DNA of 64,000 nucleotides from Yuukianura sp. NJ FZ-2021 (Eukaryota): NCBI GenBank assembly GCA_046563655.1, contig CM102289.1:3782001-3846000 (forward strand), in the 5' to 3' direction. A program made the position numbers and the translations under genes. Below are positions 49,500 to 63,800 of the stretch, piece after piece. The notes beneath the pieces are model-generated. The model made no database searches. It was not told the origin of the DNA and saw only the letters and a program-made list of their open reading frames with translations. Position 1 is the first letter of the stretch. Each line of letters opens with the position of its first letter.

Positions 49500-52400
49500 T
49501 CAGTTTGCCACCGGAATTTCCAGCGTTAGGTTATCCTTCATAAGAGATACTGCTTTCTTGGCCCGTGATGAGCGAATTATTTGGAGCACCATGGCCTTGC
49601 AGTCGTGACAAACGATAACTGGACCTCCTTGCCCATTTCTGTCCTCCGATTTTCTGCCAAAACTTCTCCTGTTCAGAGGAATCAACACATGAAATTAGAA
49701 TGCCAAGAAATTTTTGTTAAGACAAACCCAAGGTGTTTTGACAATGAAATAGTTTTTCTATAACAAGTTAGGCAATAAGTCGATCTTTCAAAAAAGTCCC
49801 CAAGAAACAAAACAAAATGAAACCAATTTTGTTTAAAAAAAAACAGTTTCAGTTGACTTTTTTTGAATTTTTAAAGCAATTTTGATCTTTTGGACATTTT
49901 TCGGATTGAAATTGCTATAAAAACGAAGAATCGACTTGGGTGAATTTATTTTCGAAAATTTTGCTTAACAAAATTCAAAACTGGAGTTATTGCCTAACCT
50001 GTTAAAAAAAGTATTTCTTTGTTTATCAACCTTGAGACAAACTCCACATACCGCTTCATTGCCATAATTCCCATTGAGATAGAATGAACAGAAGGAAGAC
50101 TCCGAGGACCATTGCCAGCGACATTGCCTTGTTCCGGTCCGAAACTATCCCGCGCTTCCTCATCTTCCAGAAGAGTCGGCGACAAACTGCGTTTTCCGCT
50201 GTCAGAATCTGTTAATCCTGATTTTCGAGAGAGATTCGGCGAATCAGGAGCACTTTTTTCTCCTTCGCAAGTTCTCCTTAATGTGGAGCTGTTGCTAGGA
50301 GGCAGCGTCGTACTACTTGTGCTTGGTGTGAGACTCTTTGTTGATCCGGGCAAATCCCGCTCTTCATCTCGTGGTGAAATGCTTGGGCTCAAACTTGTGA
50401 CTGGAACGTTTGCAAACTGTTCGGCGGGAATTCTCATCTGAAAGCATCAAAGTTCATTTGGGACATTGAACATTACCAACATTATTCTCAAATGTAAGAA
50501 ATTAATTGGCCATTACCTTTGAACAGCATTTGTTGCAGATTGTTCTCTTACAGAGACGACAAGTATTTCCACGTGGGCCGAAAATAAAACTGAAACGCGT
50601 CTTGAGGCAAAGGAAGCATATCTAAAAAATTTTCCAGTTTATTTTTAATTTAATGAAAATTTAGATTTGAAACTAAAAACAAAAAGAAACGACGAAACTG
50701 CTGACCTTGCCCTTTTCAACGTCTTCTTTTAGGCTACAGTCCAGTGGTAGGCTCTCCAGTTCTGCCTTGGTCAAGACATGGCGGATATGAACGACTTCTT
50801 CTAGATTGAGTGACAAGCATTCAATTGCAGTTTGCCAATGGTTACTTTGGAAAAATTCTTCTTGCAGGGAACTTTTGGAAACAGAGCGCGGGAGTTTCGC
50901 TGTCCGACGTGCCAAAAGGGAGATGCCCGGGGACACTTCAGTGTTCGAAATACATCTTCCGTTGTGGTGTACTCAAAAGGAAATGTGATAAGCGTAGTAG
51001 CGTGTTCTCCGCGAACAGTTGGATTTCCCACGGAATGTCGCCTTCGTTTGTCCACTTCTCCGCTTCCCAATTTTGTTTGTTGTTCTGTAACAAAAATAGA
51101 AGTTTTTTTTTTGCTTCAATGATCTTTTGTACGCAATTTCAGCTAAAAATCAACGGTACCTGCTGGTTTCTTGATCGGTGTGCAGGGATTTGACTGACTG
51201 CCTTCCGGACAGATATGACCATAAAAACCGGAGATTGGTTCAGGAGGTGAGTCTTCAGGATCGCTAAAGTCGAAGTCGTCATCCTCGTCCTGAAATTCGA
51301 ACAAAAAACAAATATTAATTATTTGTCGGATTTTGAAATTCATTTCAACTCATTTCAATTTAGCAGCTAATTTTTTCCTGCAAAATAGGCGTTGATGCTG
51401 TCGTTCCAGATCTGTAACATTGTTTTTTCTAGCACACAAGCATAGTCAAAGCATTGTTCAACAGATTGAAGCGTAACCTTGGCTTTGCCATATTACAAAG
51501 AAGACTTCAAAGAGTCCATACTAAAACAGGCCCAAAATTAATGCATTACAAGCGTACTTCCATGCCTCTGGAAACTTTAGATTCATTCCTCAAACAAAAA
51601 CATCCCTGTCGAATTCATTCTAACATGCTCTTTTTTTTTCAAATTTCCAATTTTTTCAACACAAACATGTTTTTTGTTTTCAAAAAACGAAATCTTAGCA
51701 CTTAGGTTGATTAAAAGAGCATATGGTAACGGCGTCTGCCAGTAGTTACTCAACCGCTGCTGTTTCTACACTTCAGAACAAAGTTTACTTAGGAACAGAA
51801 ATTCAATCTTCAAAATTATCCCGCTGTACATAAAATCCAAGATGGAGAAAAGCTGGATTATTCTTTTCACAGATTCCCAGGAGGTAAACAAGTTCTCAAG
51901 AGTAACCTCTCCCTTTACACCACTTCAATGGAATCAAGCCCAACCCTAAAAATTCAGCATCACCATGTAAGTGCTGGGCGGATGACTTGCTTCCCCAATT
52001 TGCATTCCTTCCTCATTCGGTCACTTGGTCATGGAGTATACATTTTTTTCGTAAACAAAAAAAGTCTTTGGGAGTTACTATTTGTCTAGCGTAATGCTGG
52101 GGATTACTTTTTAAAAGAAAAACAAATAAATGATCCCTAAGGGGAGTCTCATAAAACAAGACAAGAGGCAGAGGTTACTGGCACCAAAAATTCGGAAAGA
52201 AGATGAAGATGGATAGCTCATGTTTGAAGTGTTGTTTTACTTTTGAAGTAGAATTTGAGTAGAAGAGCTACGTGAGGCGTCTTATTATTCGTACAGATGC
52301 TTGCTGCAGTTGCATTGGGCGCCTTTTGACTTGTGCAGAAGCCAAGAAGATGCTGCAGTTCTAAAATTCTAATTGCTAATGTTTGGGTGTAACTACAAGC

Positions 52401-55400
52401 ACTTTGGAATTTCATCAGAGCCGTAATTCTTCAACTTGTGCACGCCCTGCATCATCTTGTTCCTTCCAACAAACATTTCACCAAGTCCATCGTTTTTCTT
52501 CCTCCAGAGGGTTCTTCGCATACAAAAAGTCTGATTTGTCATGCTCCTAACAGCCACTTACGAATAACCACGACTTTTTTTTTTAAATCCGAACTAAGGA
52601 TTGAAAGAATTCTGAATCCTTCATGCTTATCTTAAGTATTCAAAACATAATTAACTTTGAAGTTTCGCAGAAGTTAATTGGATTAAAAGCATAGGAAAAG
52701 GCATGAGTCTAGGAAAACAGGACTAAGGTGTGAAAGCGGCAGAAAGTGCAAAATCTAGATTAGAAATTTAATTCTGTTAACACTAAAATTAGAACGCTCA
52801 AGCTCTAGAAACGGTTTCAAAACTCATTAATCTTAAGTGTGTTAAAAAGTTAATTAATTTTGTGACTGGGCAGTGAAGTGAAGCGTTGCAGCAAAAATGA
52901 CATAAAACGATCGTCGTCTAGATGTAATGGAAGGACCTAAATATTATTAATATTACTTTTTAATACGAATACGTTGCAAAATTCGATTTACCTTAGAGTC
53001 AGGGTCAGTTAGAAAATTGAGGTCAAAGTTTATCAGTCGTCTCTGCGGTAGCGCCTTGGTTGAAGGAGAGGCTACAGATCCCTTTGTACCCAGCGACTGC
53101 TGCGTTGTCATCATAACATTTCGCAAGGATTGTGTTGTTGAGGGTGACTTGCCATTGTTCATACTCGTACCGTTGACTTCCCTCTGTTTGGTTTCTGTTG
53201 ACTTCATTCTCCGACTGCTGCCATGAACAGTACGAGGATGAGGATGTCGAACGGCTTCTGAAAAGAATTTCAAAAATAGAATCAGGCCAACTAGGTCACA
53301 ATTAATTGAGTTTTAAAACCATATCATCCTCTTTTCTTCCCTGCGGTAATAATAGGAACTATGGTGTACAACCCAGGAATTGAAAGTTTTATTGTGATTG
53401 AAAATGATGGTGTAAAGCCAAATGTAAGAAAACTGGCACAGTTTGTAAAATGAATTATGTGTAAGTGTGTGCCTCATTCGCTCAGCCGTGCCCTTAATAA
53501 AAAGTAAACAAATTGATCTTTGAGGGGAGATGCAAAAATTAGTAAAATTAGTATGACACCAAAATTAGTTCCAAGAAAGATTTATAACGCGTTCATGATA
53601 ACAGGTTATTGAAACATCGAAATGACAATGCTGAGCTTGACAATGACACTTACACTTACACTACGCATATTTTAGCTATACTTGCGGTATGCCGACGTGC
53701 TATTCGAAAATCCCACTCTGCAAATGAAAAATACCATTTTAACCATCAATGGTGTAGCATTTCATGCAATTCGAAGTACAAATTAATTTTGGACCAAATA
53801 TATGCCTGGCCCGTTGTCAGCGTGAAATCCATTAGGACGCTGAGAATTTTGGCAGAAAACATTCTACAGTTTGCGAAAAAACAGAACACTTTCGTCGTAC
53901 TTCCGAAATTGATATCTGGAAAATCCGAGCAATCTGGTCAATCAGCGGTTCATTCGATACTTCAAAATACAATACTATTCTTCCAAAAAACTTAACAACT
54001 TTCAGCATACTCGTTTTAAAAATCTGTTACACGTACACCATACTAACTAAAATTGTTCTCAAAAATGTAATACCTGCATAAATAACGAATGTTCAAGCTT
54101 CCAGAAACTGTTTACGAGCGCTAGAAGAATTAGTAGAAGCGACGCTATATTATTCTGAATTCACATTAGAACTTACTACCACCAAAAATCAATTGAGGCA
54201 CCATTCGTGTAAGGACACAGAGAGATAGTATATGTATAAGTTTAGTCGAAGTTTCAAATTTTGTTAGGACATTTCCTAAAACGGAACGAAAGAATTTTTC
54301 GACCCTTCTAAGAATAAAATGACCGAATTCTTGTCAAAACTGGCTGTTGACCCATTGACGTTTCAAATGTAGTAAAGCCTTAAGGTTCAAAGGGAAGTCT
54401 CGGTAAAGGCTATTTCTATGTAGAGAAAGCTCAAACACGCGCATCCTCGTCAGGTGAAAACTTCCAGCAAAACTGGGTCTTTGAGAATCCCACTTTCTCT
54501 GACCTCATTCGCTCATTCTGGATTCTGCAAAAAGTTTGCACGCCTACGAACTTCCAGCAGCTGTTTTCTAAGCAAAAACTTGGGAAATCCGAACACCTCC
54601 GAAAAGCACAGAAGTGGTTTCCCCGAAATAGAAAGATGGCATTTAAATACTCACGTTATTATGGCGACACATAGTTTGCAACACGATTTCTGCAAAGAAC
54701 GGAAATCTCCAGTCACGCAATAGGCTGAGACACAATCTTGCATGCGCAAGTTCAAGGTCATAAGACCATTGTAAAAGTTGCATCTAAATTCTGCTTAGAA
54801 GTACCAGAAACTGAAGGAAACACACTGACACTCCAACATCAGATGATTGAATCAAACGGATTTATTAAACTATTTGTTTTATATTTTAGGCGGGAATTTT
54901 CACACTTTTCAATAAAAAAAAATGCAAAAATGTAGCGTTTGTAATCGATACTCGCAGAAACAATAGCAATCAACAACTGACTCAGAAAACGTAAAGAAAC
55001 TGGTAAACCAAAGTCAAATGTGGAACAGAAAGTGATGGAATACCATACGTTATTGATTTGTCCTAATTTCCTACGAACCTCAACCAGACCAAATTATTAT
55101 GTTGAATTTGTATTTCAATTATACGAAATTGAAACTTTCGCAATTACTACAATGTTAATAAGATCCTGATCCTTAAGTACCGGTTTCAAGTTGGGATCAC
55201 ACATTCGCTTTTCAAGTTGGGATCACACTTTTTAAACTGGGTTCCTCAACGACATCTTCCCTTATACGTGAGAAGATGTTTTTTATGATGAAGCAAGTAA
55301 AAAGCACATCTTCGCACAAACATAAATTTCAAGTTAAAGTCCTGCGGGACTTTTGGAATTGCATTTTAAACGATCCAATTCAAAAATTTACGGTCGCAAT

Positions 55401-58400
55401 AATTTCTTCATCAACCTGCTTTCAAGTGCCCCACGAGGTAAAGTCAAACCCTGATCTTCCAAGATGGACCAACCTCATCTGCAAATGAACTCCCGTAATA
55501 ACCGGAAAGGTTGCAAAATTTGGAGCATCTTCCATTCATTTCAATGCCCTATTGCTCCCTCAATGCTCTTTTGAACAAAAATTACCCAAAAAATAATGAG
55601 ATCATTTTGTCGTGTCCTAAGGTCTCAGCATCTTCTTCATATTAGATTTTTCAGGACAACATAGTCAGAAAGCAAGAGAGCACCAACAATCTATTGTTGC
55701 TTTGATTAGGCACGAATCAATTACAACACAAGATCATCTTCGTGAGATCCTCTTGAAACAAGACAACAAAAGAGTTCATCTCAATAATCCCATTGTTGCA
55801 GCAAGTGTGCGGGCTCAATATGATCTTGGTCATATCGAAATTCTTCATTCTCTGTCACTTATAAGAGCGGCCACTTGTGGACTGAGATTTCAAACTGAAC
55901 TTTGCACTAGATGTAGACACAAACGTTAATTTAAATGAAATGACATTTTCACTATTTAGTTGCCCTCACAAGTATACGATTGTTTTATACCTTCAGAAAT
56001 TTTAGAACAATAGTTCCAAGTTATAATTAAGGAAAACGATGATCATCTTACAATTTTCAGTTCAATTCAAGTGAATCATCGTTATTCATTTTCAATAGAA
56101 ATATTTTACACTAAATTTCATCTCGTCATTTATCACCACGCCAGAAAAAATTGGAAGTCTAAAATTTAAATCGCAAAGAAATTTATTCTCGTAGTACAAA
56201 AATATAATTAAAGGTAAAGTGAATGCATTCAAGAATGAAAAATTCAAAATTCTTGAATCAAAAATTGTGAATATCATTTCCCGCTTCATTATTCAAGCAA
56301 TGCGTTGTTTACATTTTAGCCAGCAATCGTATTTACCCATAGTCTTCTCATGCATCAGCGATCCTTCAGAAAAGTGATCTTCTGAATTATGCACGTCGAC
56401 ACCGGTCATTCATTCCAGACATAAAATATTTTGCATCTAAAGTGACGTTCAAACGGAGTTCATCTTCGTCCCGTTACGCCTTTCCGCGTACCCCTCCTTG
56501 TACGTAATAATTACTATGACTTACCATCATTTTAACAATTTCAATTAATGTCAACCCCATGCAGAGCGTGCATCTCCCCTCTCCTCTTCCTTGTCGAAGG
56601 GCCACCACATGACCTGTCCGTCATCCCACTGACCATGAACTGGTTCTACCATATTGTGCCGCACGCGTCGTAATGCAAAAATGTCAACTTTCAAATCCAC
56701 CGCGTGCTAAATACATTTTGACAAGGAAATGACAACTATAAAGCATCTCTACTACAAGATTCAACATCATCGACATAAACATCACACACCTTGTATGGAT
56801 TTTTTTCATTCCGGCGAGGTCTGGGCAGCAGTCAAACATTTTAAAAATTAAGAAATTTTGCGTTTTGGTGCAAAAAAATGTCTTTTAACACCATACCCAG
56901 ACTTTTAAACTTTTTAAACTTTTACTTTTACCACATTTCTATTTCTTATTGTTTTTAGTTATGGGTGGGAGGCGAAAAACTGTCAAAACGAAAATTTAAA
57001 AAAATGCTGTCGCTTCAGAATATTTACAGGCTTCCTAGTGCGATTGCCGTTGAGCCAAGCCCTGGCCAGACAGAAAGAACGAACGATAGCCTTGAATTCC
57101 CAGGCTTTAGAACTATTCCAAGATAAATATATGGATGCGTTGGTCGAACGCCCAGAAAATTACAATTCATGCGCAGGAGTACCAAAACTAAATTCAAATT
57201 CGTTCATTTTCTCCCGCATTTTGCACATACATTTACGACGCGCACTGTCCAATTTACGATCCGTAATGATACACACTAGGCTTTTCGGTCAGTCATCTCC
57301 GAACTGTTCATCGCAGAATAAAAGTTAAAACGTGAATTTCATACTTTATTTCCTCAAATCATCAAGTCATCAAAATTTACAAAGCCTATTCAACATCAAA
57401 GAAAAATTGAGTTACGCTCTCCACGCAAGCTGTGTATCCACGCATCTTACTACAAGGACTTCCAATACAAAAGGTTATGCATTTTTACCAAGAACGGCTA
57501 AGCAAAAATGGACACACTGAACACTCATTCTATGGCATTGGATCTTCAAATTTTCTCTTAAAGCAGCGTATGATCTTTTGAGTACATCAGAACCAAAATT
57601 CCATAGGAGCAATACACGACTAATATTTAATTCAAATCTTCCGCGAAATTTTATTAATTTGATTTCAATGAAAACTTTATTCGCATGCTGATTTCTAGGT
57701 AAGCGTCAATGCGAAACGGTTTTAACAATTTTGGCAAACGGTATATTGTCTTTAGCTTTTTTCTAATTGTAATCTCCTCAAAACATTGAAAGCCTGAATA
57801 CGCCGCAGTTGGCAAAAATTCCTAATATGTAATTTTTATCAAAAACAATCTCCATTAGTAGTGAAGTAACCGGAGGCATGTTCCATAATGAAGCCCACAA
57901 TTTCGCAACTCTTCAAAACCTGCGCGTTCAAGGAACATCAAAGTTCCCACACACAAATTCTGCCCACCTCCTTATAAGTATTCAACAAATTGGTCCAAAT
58001 GATTCTCCAAAAACCACAAAACCTAAACACGGTATTACTCAAACAATAAATTAAAAATCTTCTGACCATCACGGTGCACAAAATTATCATTTCCTGGTTT
58101 ATACATTCAAACAAGTATGAACAGGAGCCATAAATAGGTTGGGCACCATGTCCAATAGGTCACAGACACCAAATTGCAAACATTTTTTTCTGAAGTGGGC
58201 AAAGTCTTCGAGGTCAAGGAAAATGAGTTGATAAAAGGTTTGGGATAGGTTAAAACGTAATGGAGTGGACATAACCAATTTACATTAGAACAAACACTAC
58301 TTTGCAAAGCACTACAAAGTAGCAAATAACTGCAGATTGTCGACGAGCTTCACTCCCGTTCTGTTGCTGGTATAAATAGGAACGTGGGACTCCCTACTCC

Positions 58401-60857
58401 CAAATATGTGCAATCAAAATAATGCTGATCCATCCATAACTCATGTCCTGCTAAATTCTAAAAAGGTTTTCAGGGTCAGGAACTCCACAAAAGTGCCAGT
58501 CACTTCCAAAAATGCGACTCTGGGAGCGCCTGCACAGACACTAACTTACTACTGCAGTAAACGAACAAAAGCCGTTAGAGATCAGAAATGAACGTGTTTT
58601 GTGCATGTATTGTTTTGTGTCATTTCGTTCGTCCTCTCTTGTGACAGTTACTTTTTATAGGAAATGACATGCGTTAGAAAAACGGAAGCTCGAACCGAAA
58701 TTACTGAAAAATGACAAGTTAGACAGAGAGTTCGTTTACGAAGGGATATTAAAGTAATTGCTTTACTCATGAAATCCACTTTTCAGTTCTTAGGTTTCAT
58801 CTAAATTCATTTGTGTTACTCAAAATCGTCAGAATCACCAGGAATATGTCCATTTATCTCACGAATGATCAGCAACTCAACGTGCAATTACCATTTGAGT
58901 TAAGAAAACTACTTACTCGTTTCGATTTATCTGTCTGTCCGTCCGTTTCCTGTAGCTAAGCAACTAAAAGTGTGAATTAGACATCACAGGACAAAACTAA
59001 CTAACCTTACCTAACCAACTGTCTAGTTCATTTTTGTTCAATCTTTGTAAAAACATTCATAAGTTAGACATGTTTTCGCTACTTTGATACAGCCGATTTG
59101 CAACGGTTTATTATTCGGAGGTTTAAGTTTCTGCATGTTATATTTTACCAGAGACACTTTCAGTGTAATGCTTCAGTCAAAGAGTCAAAACCATTCACTT
59201 CCGTATCATTCCCAAAGCTTTTTGCGAGTCCCCATCACTCTAAATTACTGGTTTCCAATCCTCATCCATTTCTGTTAAAGTAATTACTTGTTATGAGATT
59301 GATCATAAGTATGAACTGAGATGAGGGCTTATCATCCGCGCAGTTTAGATATCAAATCAACCCGCTCTGTGAGTTAACGTATCCTGCTTGAATTTAAGAA
59401 GTGTCACTGACTTGGAATTTTCCCTCATTTCCCTACTTGGATCTTGTTAAGTGGATATGAATAAACATGTAATGGTAGCTATTAGTCTTGGGCATAATAA
59501 GAGGTCAACGAAAGGGCAACAATAAGAGGTCATCAGTCTCCTTAATGGAACACGAACCATAGGACGAGTTGAACTCTAAAACCTGATTTTGAGCATCACG
59601 ATGTCTGCTTTTAAGTGTGTAATGTTAATAATGTATACAGATTATAATATATTGGTGCAATTTAATTTTTTGTACAAATTTTGTCCATTCTTTTTGGACG
59701 TAAAGCCGTTACTTTTAGTTCACGCATAAACAAAACGCATGATGATCTCCCGTGTCGCACAGATTAGTCTGAGATAAGGAATTTGTGCAACGACTAACAC
59801 GTTTCCTTGGTCTCTTGATTCCTACACTTTGCGGGACTTAATTTCGTAACACCTTTCGGTTCATTACGTAAATCATGGGCAAGTCAAAACGTCTGGTCAA
59901 AGAACTTTAGGATGCTAGCATTACATTCTTATTCCGTTTAATTTTTTGCAATGTTTTTTGTGCTTTTGAGCCTAACTAACCCAGACACCTTGTCAAACGC
60001 TACCGGCAGAGATTTACGGTAAAAGTTTTTAGTTGATCAAGTGATAAGTTCAGCAGTCCAAATTCATATTTTTTATCCATTACTGATTTTGTTTCATTCG
60101 TTGTATCAAAGGTTGGTTTGATATTGAATTTTTTTTGACGAACGCTAATGTTTAAAAACTAAACTTTGAATTTTAAACTAAAAAAGCAATTTGTTTTAAA
60201 CTCGATATGACAAACGACAACAAGTTGTATGGCATCACTGAATTGGATAGAAAGTTGTCTAAACTTTTAAAAATTTAATACGCAACCTTTTATTGTTACT
60301 AACACGCTGCTGCATGCGTCCAACATAAGTAGCGTGGGATTTAATCCAATTCTATAACAAGCGAAAAGCGAATGGCTTAATGCCTTGAGTTATAACATAT
60401 TTTTTTCAACTAAGCTTTCTCCCATTTCTCTAAAATAAGTATTAAGGAGATAATCCATTTCACTCTATTAACATGTTTTGTGCCATATTCCACGCACCAC
60501 GCTCCTTAACAGTTTCACATTTAGCCAAATAGGTCTACTTGAAGAGACGTACATCTTCATGTTAGTAAAGTTTTGGAGTTAGTTGATGATTTATGGGTGA
60601 TACAGTAAATTAAGAAGGTAAAGAGAGAAAACAGGATGACGGGGAACAAGAAATGAAGAGGAACAGTTAAGGACATTTTGTTGAACTGAAAGTCAGAACC
60701 TTGACATGCAAGTACGAAATCCGATGAAAAGCTTACCTTTCGAAGGTCCTTTGAGGTCAATTGGTGCAAGTTTGTGTTCCTGACGAATAGAGACAAGTAG
60801 TTTCTCAATTGGAGTTTGATTCAGTTTTGGAGCAGGGCCCAGTACCCTTTCCTCGGC
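49500..60857 (-). CDS. spir: Spire actin nucleator, 3' part (last WH2 repeat, Spir-box, FYVE-type zinc finger). Exons 60857-60737, 53257-52992, 51289-51160, ~51084-50706, 50621-50517, 50437-50052, 49668-49500
   Basis: WH2-like [18 protein letters not shown]; Spir-box [21 protein letters not shown]; finger [10 protein letters not shown]...[19 protein letters not shown]...VCHDCKAMV. No KIND or other WH2 exons found in 60857-64000, so they probably lie beyond the window. There is a frame discontinuity inside 51084-50706 (see findings). Confidence 0.92.
55184..55228 (+). repeat. Perfect 19-bp direct repeat tttcaagttgggatcacac, two copies
   Basis: Copies at 55184-55202 and 55210-55228. Confidence 0.9.
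56337..56409 (-). CDS. spir: Putative alternative first coding exon of a short spire isoform ([24 protein letters not shown])
   Basis: ATG at 56409 is preceded by an in-frame stop; donor g|gtaaat at phase 1 matches the phase-1 acceptor at 53257; a candidate upstream UTR intron runs about 56524-56437. Confidence 0.5.
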
Positions 60858-63800
60858 CTAAAATTTTAAAAATAAATCATGAATTAAAATTTTGACAATT
60901 CACCAAAAGTTGGGAATTATGTTGCAAAAAAGTATGTTCAGTCAAAATGAAAATTGAATTTGAACTGGCACAGCACAGCCTCCAAATGAAGCTACTGTCA
61001 CTTGACAACATCCGCCCACTTTCTCCCTTCACAGTCGAGAGGCATAAAAGGACCTATCCATGACCACAGCCTCAACTTACAGTGAGTAACAATTAGCTAA
61101 ATTTCGTTTAAGCAATTAGTCAAGTTTGCTCTCGAATTCGCACACCAAAAAAGAGAGAGACATTTTAGTTTAGTGGACACAGGAGGAGGTCAACCGTAAA
61201 CTATCCTATTCAAGTGAAGCATTCAACTTTACGCTTTGAAGCATGCTTTGGTTCCTTTTTGCAAAACACCAGAAGTCAAGGATGGCCATTTCCCAAATTA
61301 CATAGTGTCGTAAATTGGATTTTTGGGATAAGCCGCGCCAAAACCCCAAACACCAACAATACTTCACAACAATGACACCAAATTGTAAACCACCCTGTTG
61401 GAACTGATGAACTTTTGAGGAAATGGCTAATCCGTGTCCCCAAATGAGTTTCTACCCATAGTGCTACCAAATTGCGTTTGCTTTGAATCTCTTTGCTCAT
61501 CCTGAGCCATTGGCCATTTCTTTTTACTTCTGCTTGACTCATTAAGTTCCTAAATTACGAGGGAATTAGCAGCAGAAGAGACCATTAACCTTCTTGCATT
61601 CGAGGACAAGTGCAAAAATGTGCGAAAAGATGGAATGTACAGAGTCCAACAGTAGCAAACTTTCCCATTTTTGACACGCATTGTACGCTGATAATGAACC
61701 AAAACCAAAATTTTCAAATAAAAATAAGAATTAGTGCAGCTACAATTTAACTTGCAGAGAAAACTCTCAACTCAAAATTAAAATCAGAGCTATTTTAAAA
61801 TTAGATGCTAATTTCTTTTCAGAAAGTGTACCATTCCACTTATCAATATTTTTGGTTGAAAATGACAAAATGGCATTAGAAAGTGGAAGAAAAACTTTTC
61901 TTACACAAAGTTAGACAAAGTTCACCATTATCAAAGTACTAAGAGATTTCTTTTCTACATGTCAAACAATTTTTGCATAATCAGCATTAGAACAAAGAAA
62001 AAATGATTGACATAGGTCCCATACTTCAAAATTAAGCAAAATCGGTGTTTTTGATTTTCAAAAACGAAAGTAACCCAACTCTGGCACTGCATACTTACGA
62101 AAAATTTCAATATAAAGCATATAATATTAAGTATAAAGTAGATTTTACTTCACGCAGTGCACAACCCTACTCTATACCGCAAACGTTTAAGTAAAAATAA
62201 CTAAGTAACTTTGGAAATTGAATTCAATTGTATCCAGTTGGAAAATTCCTTCCGGCGGATGATCTCTTGCTGGGAGCTCATGTGGAATTTATTAAAAACG
62301 CCGTTCCAAGTGAGCATGTTCTTAAAACTCACAACTCCAAACTGACTTGACATCTTCCTCCACAAGGAGAGTCGGTCGGCATTTTTCTAAAGTGCATATT
62401 TCTAACATTTTAAAATCAGTTCGTGTCCATTCAGTTAATGGTTTAATTTCACACTCAGCCACAACAATCCCAATTCCGCTGGAAGTACCCGTCCCGGTAA
62501 TGTTGTTCATTTTTTGAAGCCCACACAGAAAAAGATGACGCCGACACGTTAAACTTTATGCCCACCCATAACAATTCTCGGTTTCATTTCCTTTGCAATG
62601 GCAGTGCTTTTCCATTTTATGTAACTGAAATAAAATCAACTGAAACTGACGTTGCAAATCTTAAGAATTTCCAGCGTTAGTTCTTTTCATGAATAAACTC
62701 ATGAAATTGCAAGTTGCTCATTAAAACGTTGCATTTTCGTGTCTTGAAAATGTCAAAATTGAAGCATGGCGCCTCGCCATTTATCCGATGCGTTTTATTA
62801 TTTTTTTTTTTGTGTTAAGTGTTTGAGCGGCTTATTTTGCACGAAGATTGTTGTATGATTAGATGAAGCATAGGAATCACTTCAGGAAAATGAATAAAAA
62901 GACGGCTTGAAAAACCTCGTGCATAACGGCACTGATGTAAAGTACATTGGTAATACAACAAAAATTTCCTCTTATAACCAAAATTGAACGTGATTAACAA
63001 ATGGAGCGAAGTAACGATGGCCAACGGCGCCCAGAATCAAAAATTAAAGATGTCTAGGAGACTTTGAAACTGTTCTGAACCTTGAAATGGCACGACCTCA
63101 TATTTAGTTCTGCGTTAGTTTCCTGGCGTCTAGATATCTTGATGAGGTCAAATGTTGCACTTGCCATCAACTGCTTTCAACAAAATTTAGTTGGAAGTCC
63201 TACTCATCAAAAATCTTTTTATGAAAGTTCAAGAGTCAGAACTAAATTGAATAAGTGCGATATTTTACTAAAAAAAAGTAACGTAAGTTCAAAATATAAA
63301 AATTACTTAACACTAAACATCAAAAATTACAAGTTCGACAAATCGCAATCACATCTTTCAGTATGAGAACATCCAGAATGAAGTCTTTCGCTTTTACTAA
63401 CTAGGAAACGTTAAACTAGCCGAAACTAATTTTCAAACTTGTCACAATTGCTAATTTTTGTGCTAACTTGGCAAGCTAACAGGAAAGAATTTTCTTGAAC
63501 TTAACTTTATTTCAATAATAAAAGCTAATAGCTTGCCTCTGAAAAAATTCGGTGCAATAAATTAAATTTGGCAAGGAACTCCATCATTAAGAGGGTAAAT
63601 TAATCAACCTACATTAAGAATTCATTTTATCAAGCAAACCATGATGATGCCGTTGTCTGCCTGAAATCGAATAATTTTCTAACGCGTACAACGTATTCTT
63701 CTCGCGCATTATAAATATCTATGTCTTCCTCTAGTCGCCCCCAGCGACACCTTCACCTGACAAAGTAATAAATGTCAGATATCACAGAGGAATATTTCAA

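Noticed and set aside
50112..51193. Several plus-strand ORFs of 60-127 aa
   Set aside because: Antisense to spire exons.
62322..62510. 62-aa minus-strand ORF as a possible spire exon
   Set aside because: No KIND or WH2 similarity and no donor site that joins the phase-0 acceptor at 60857.
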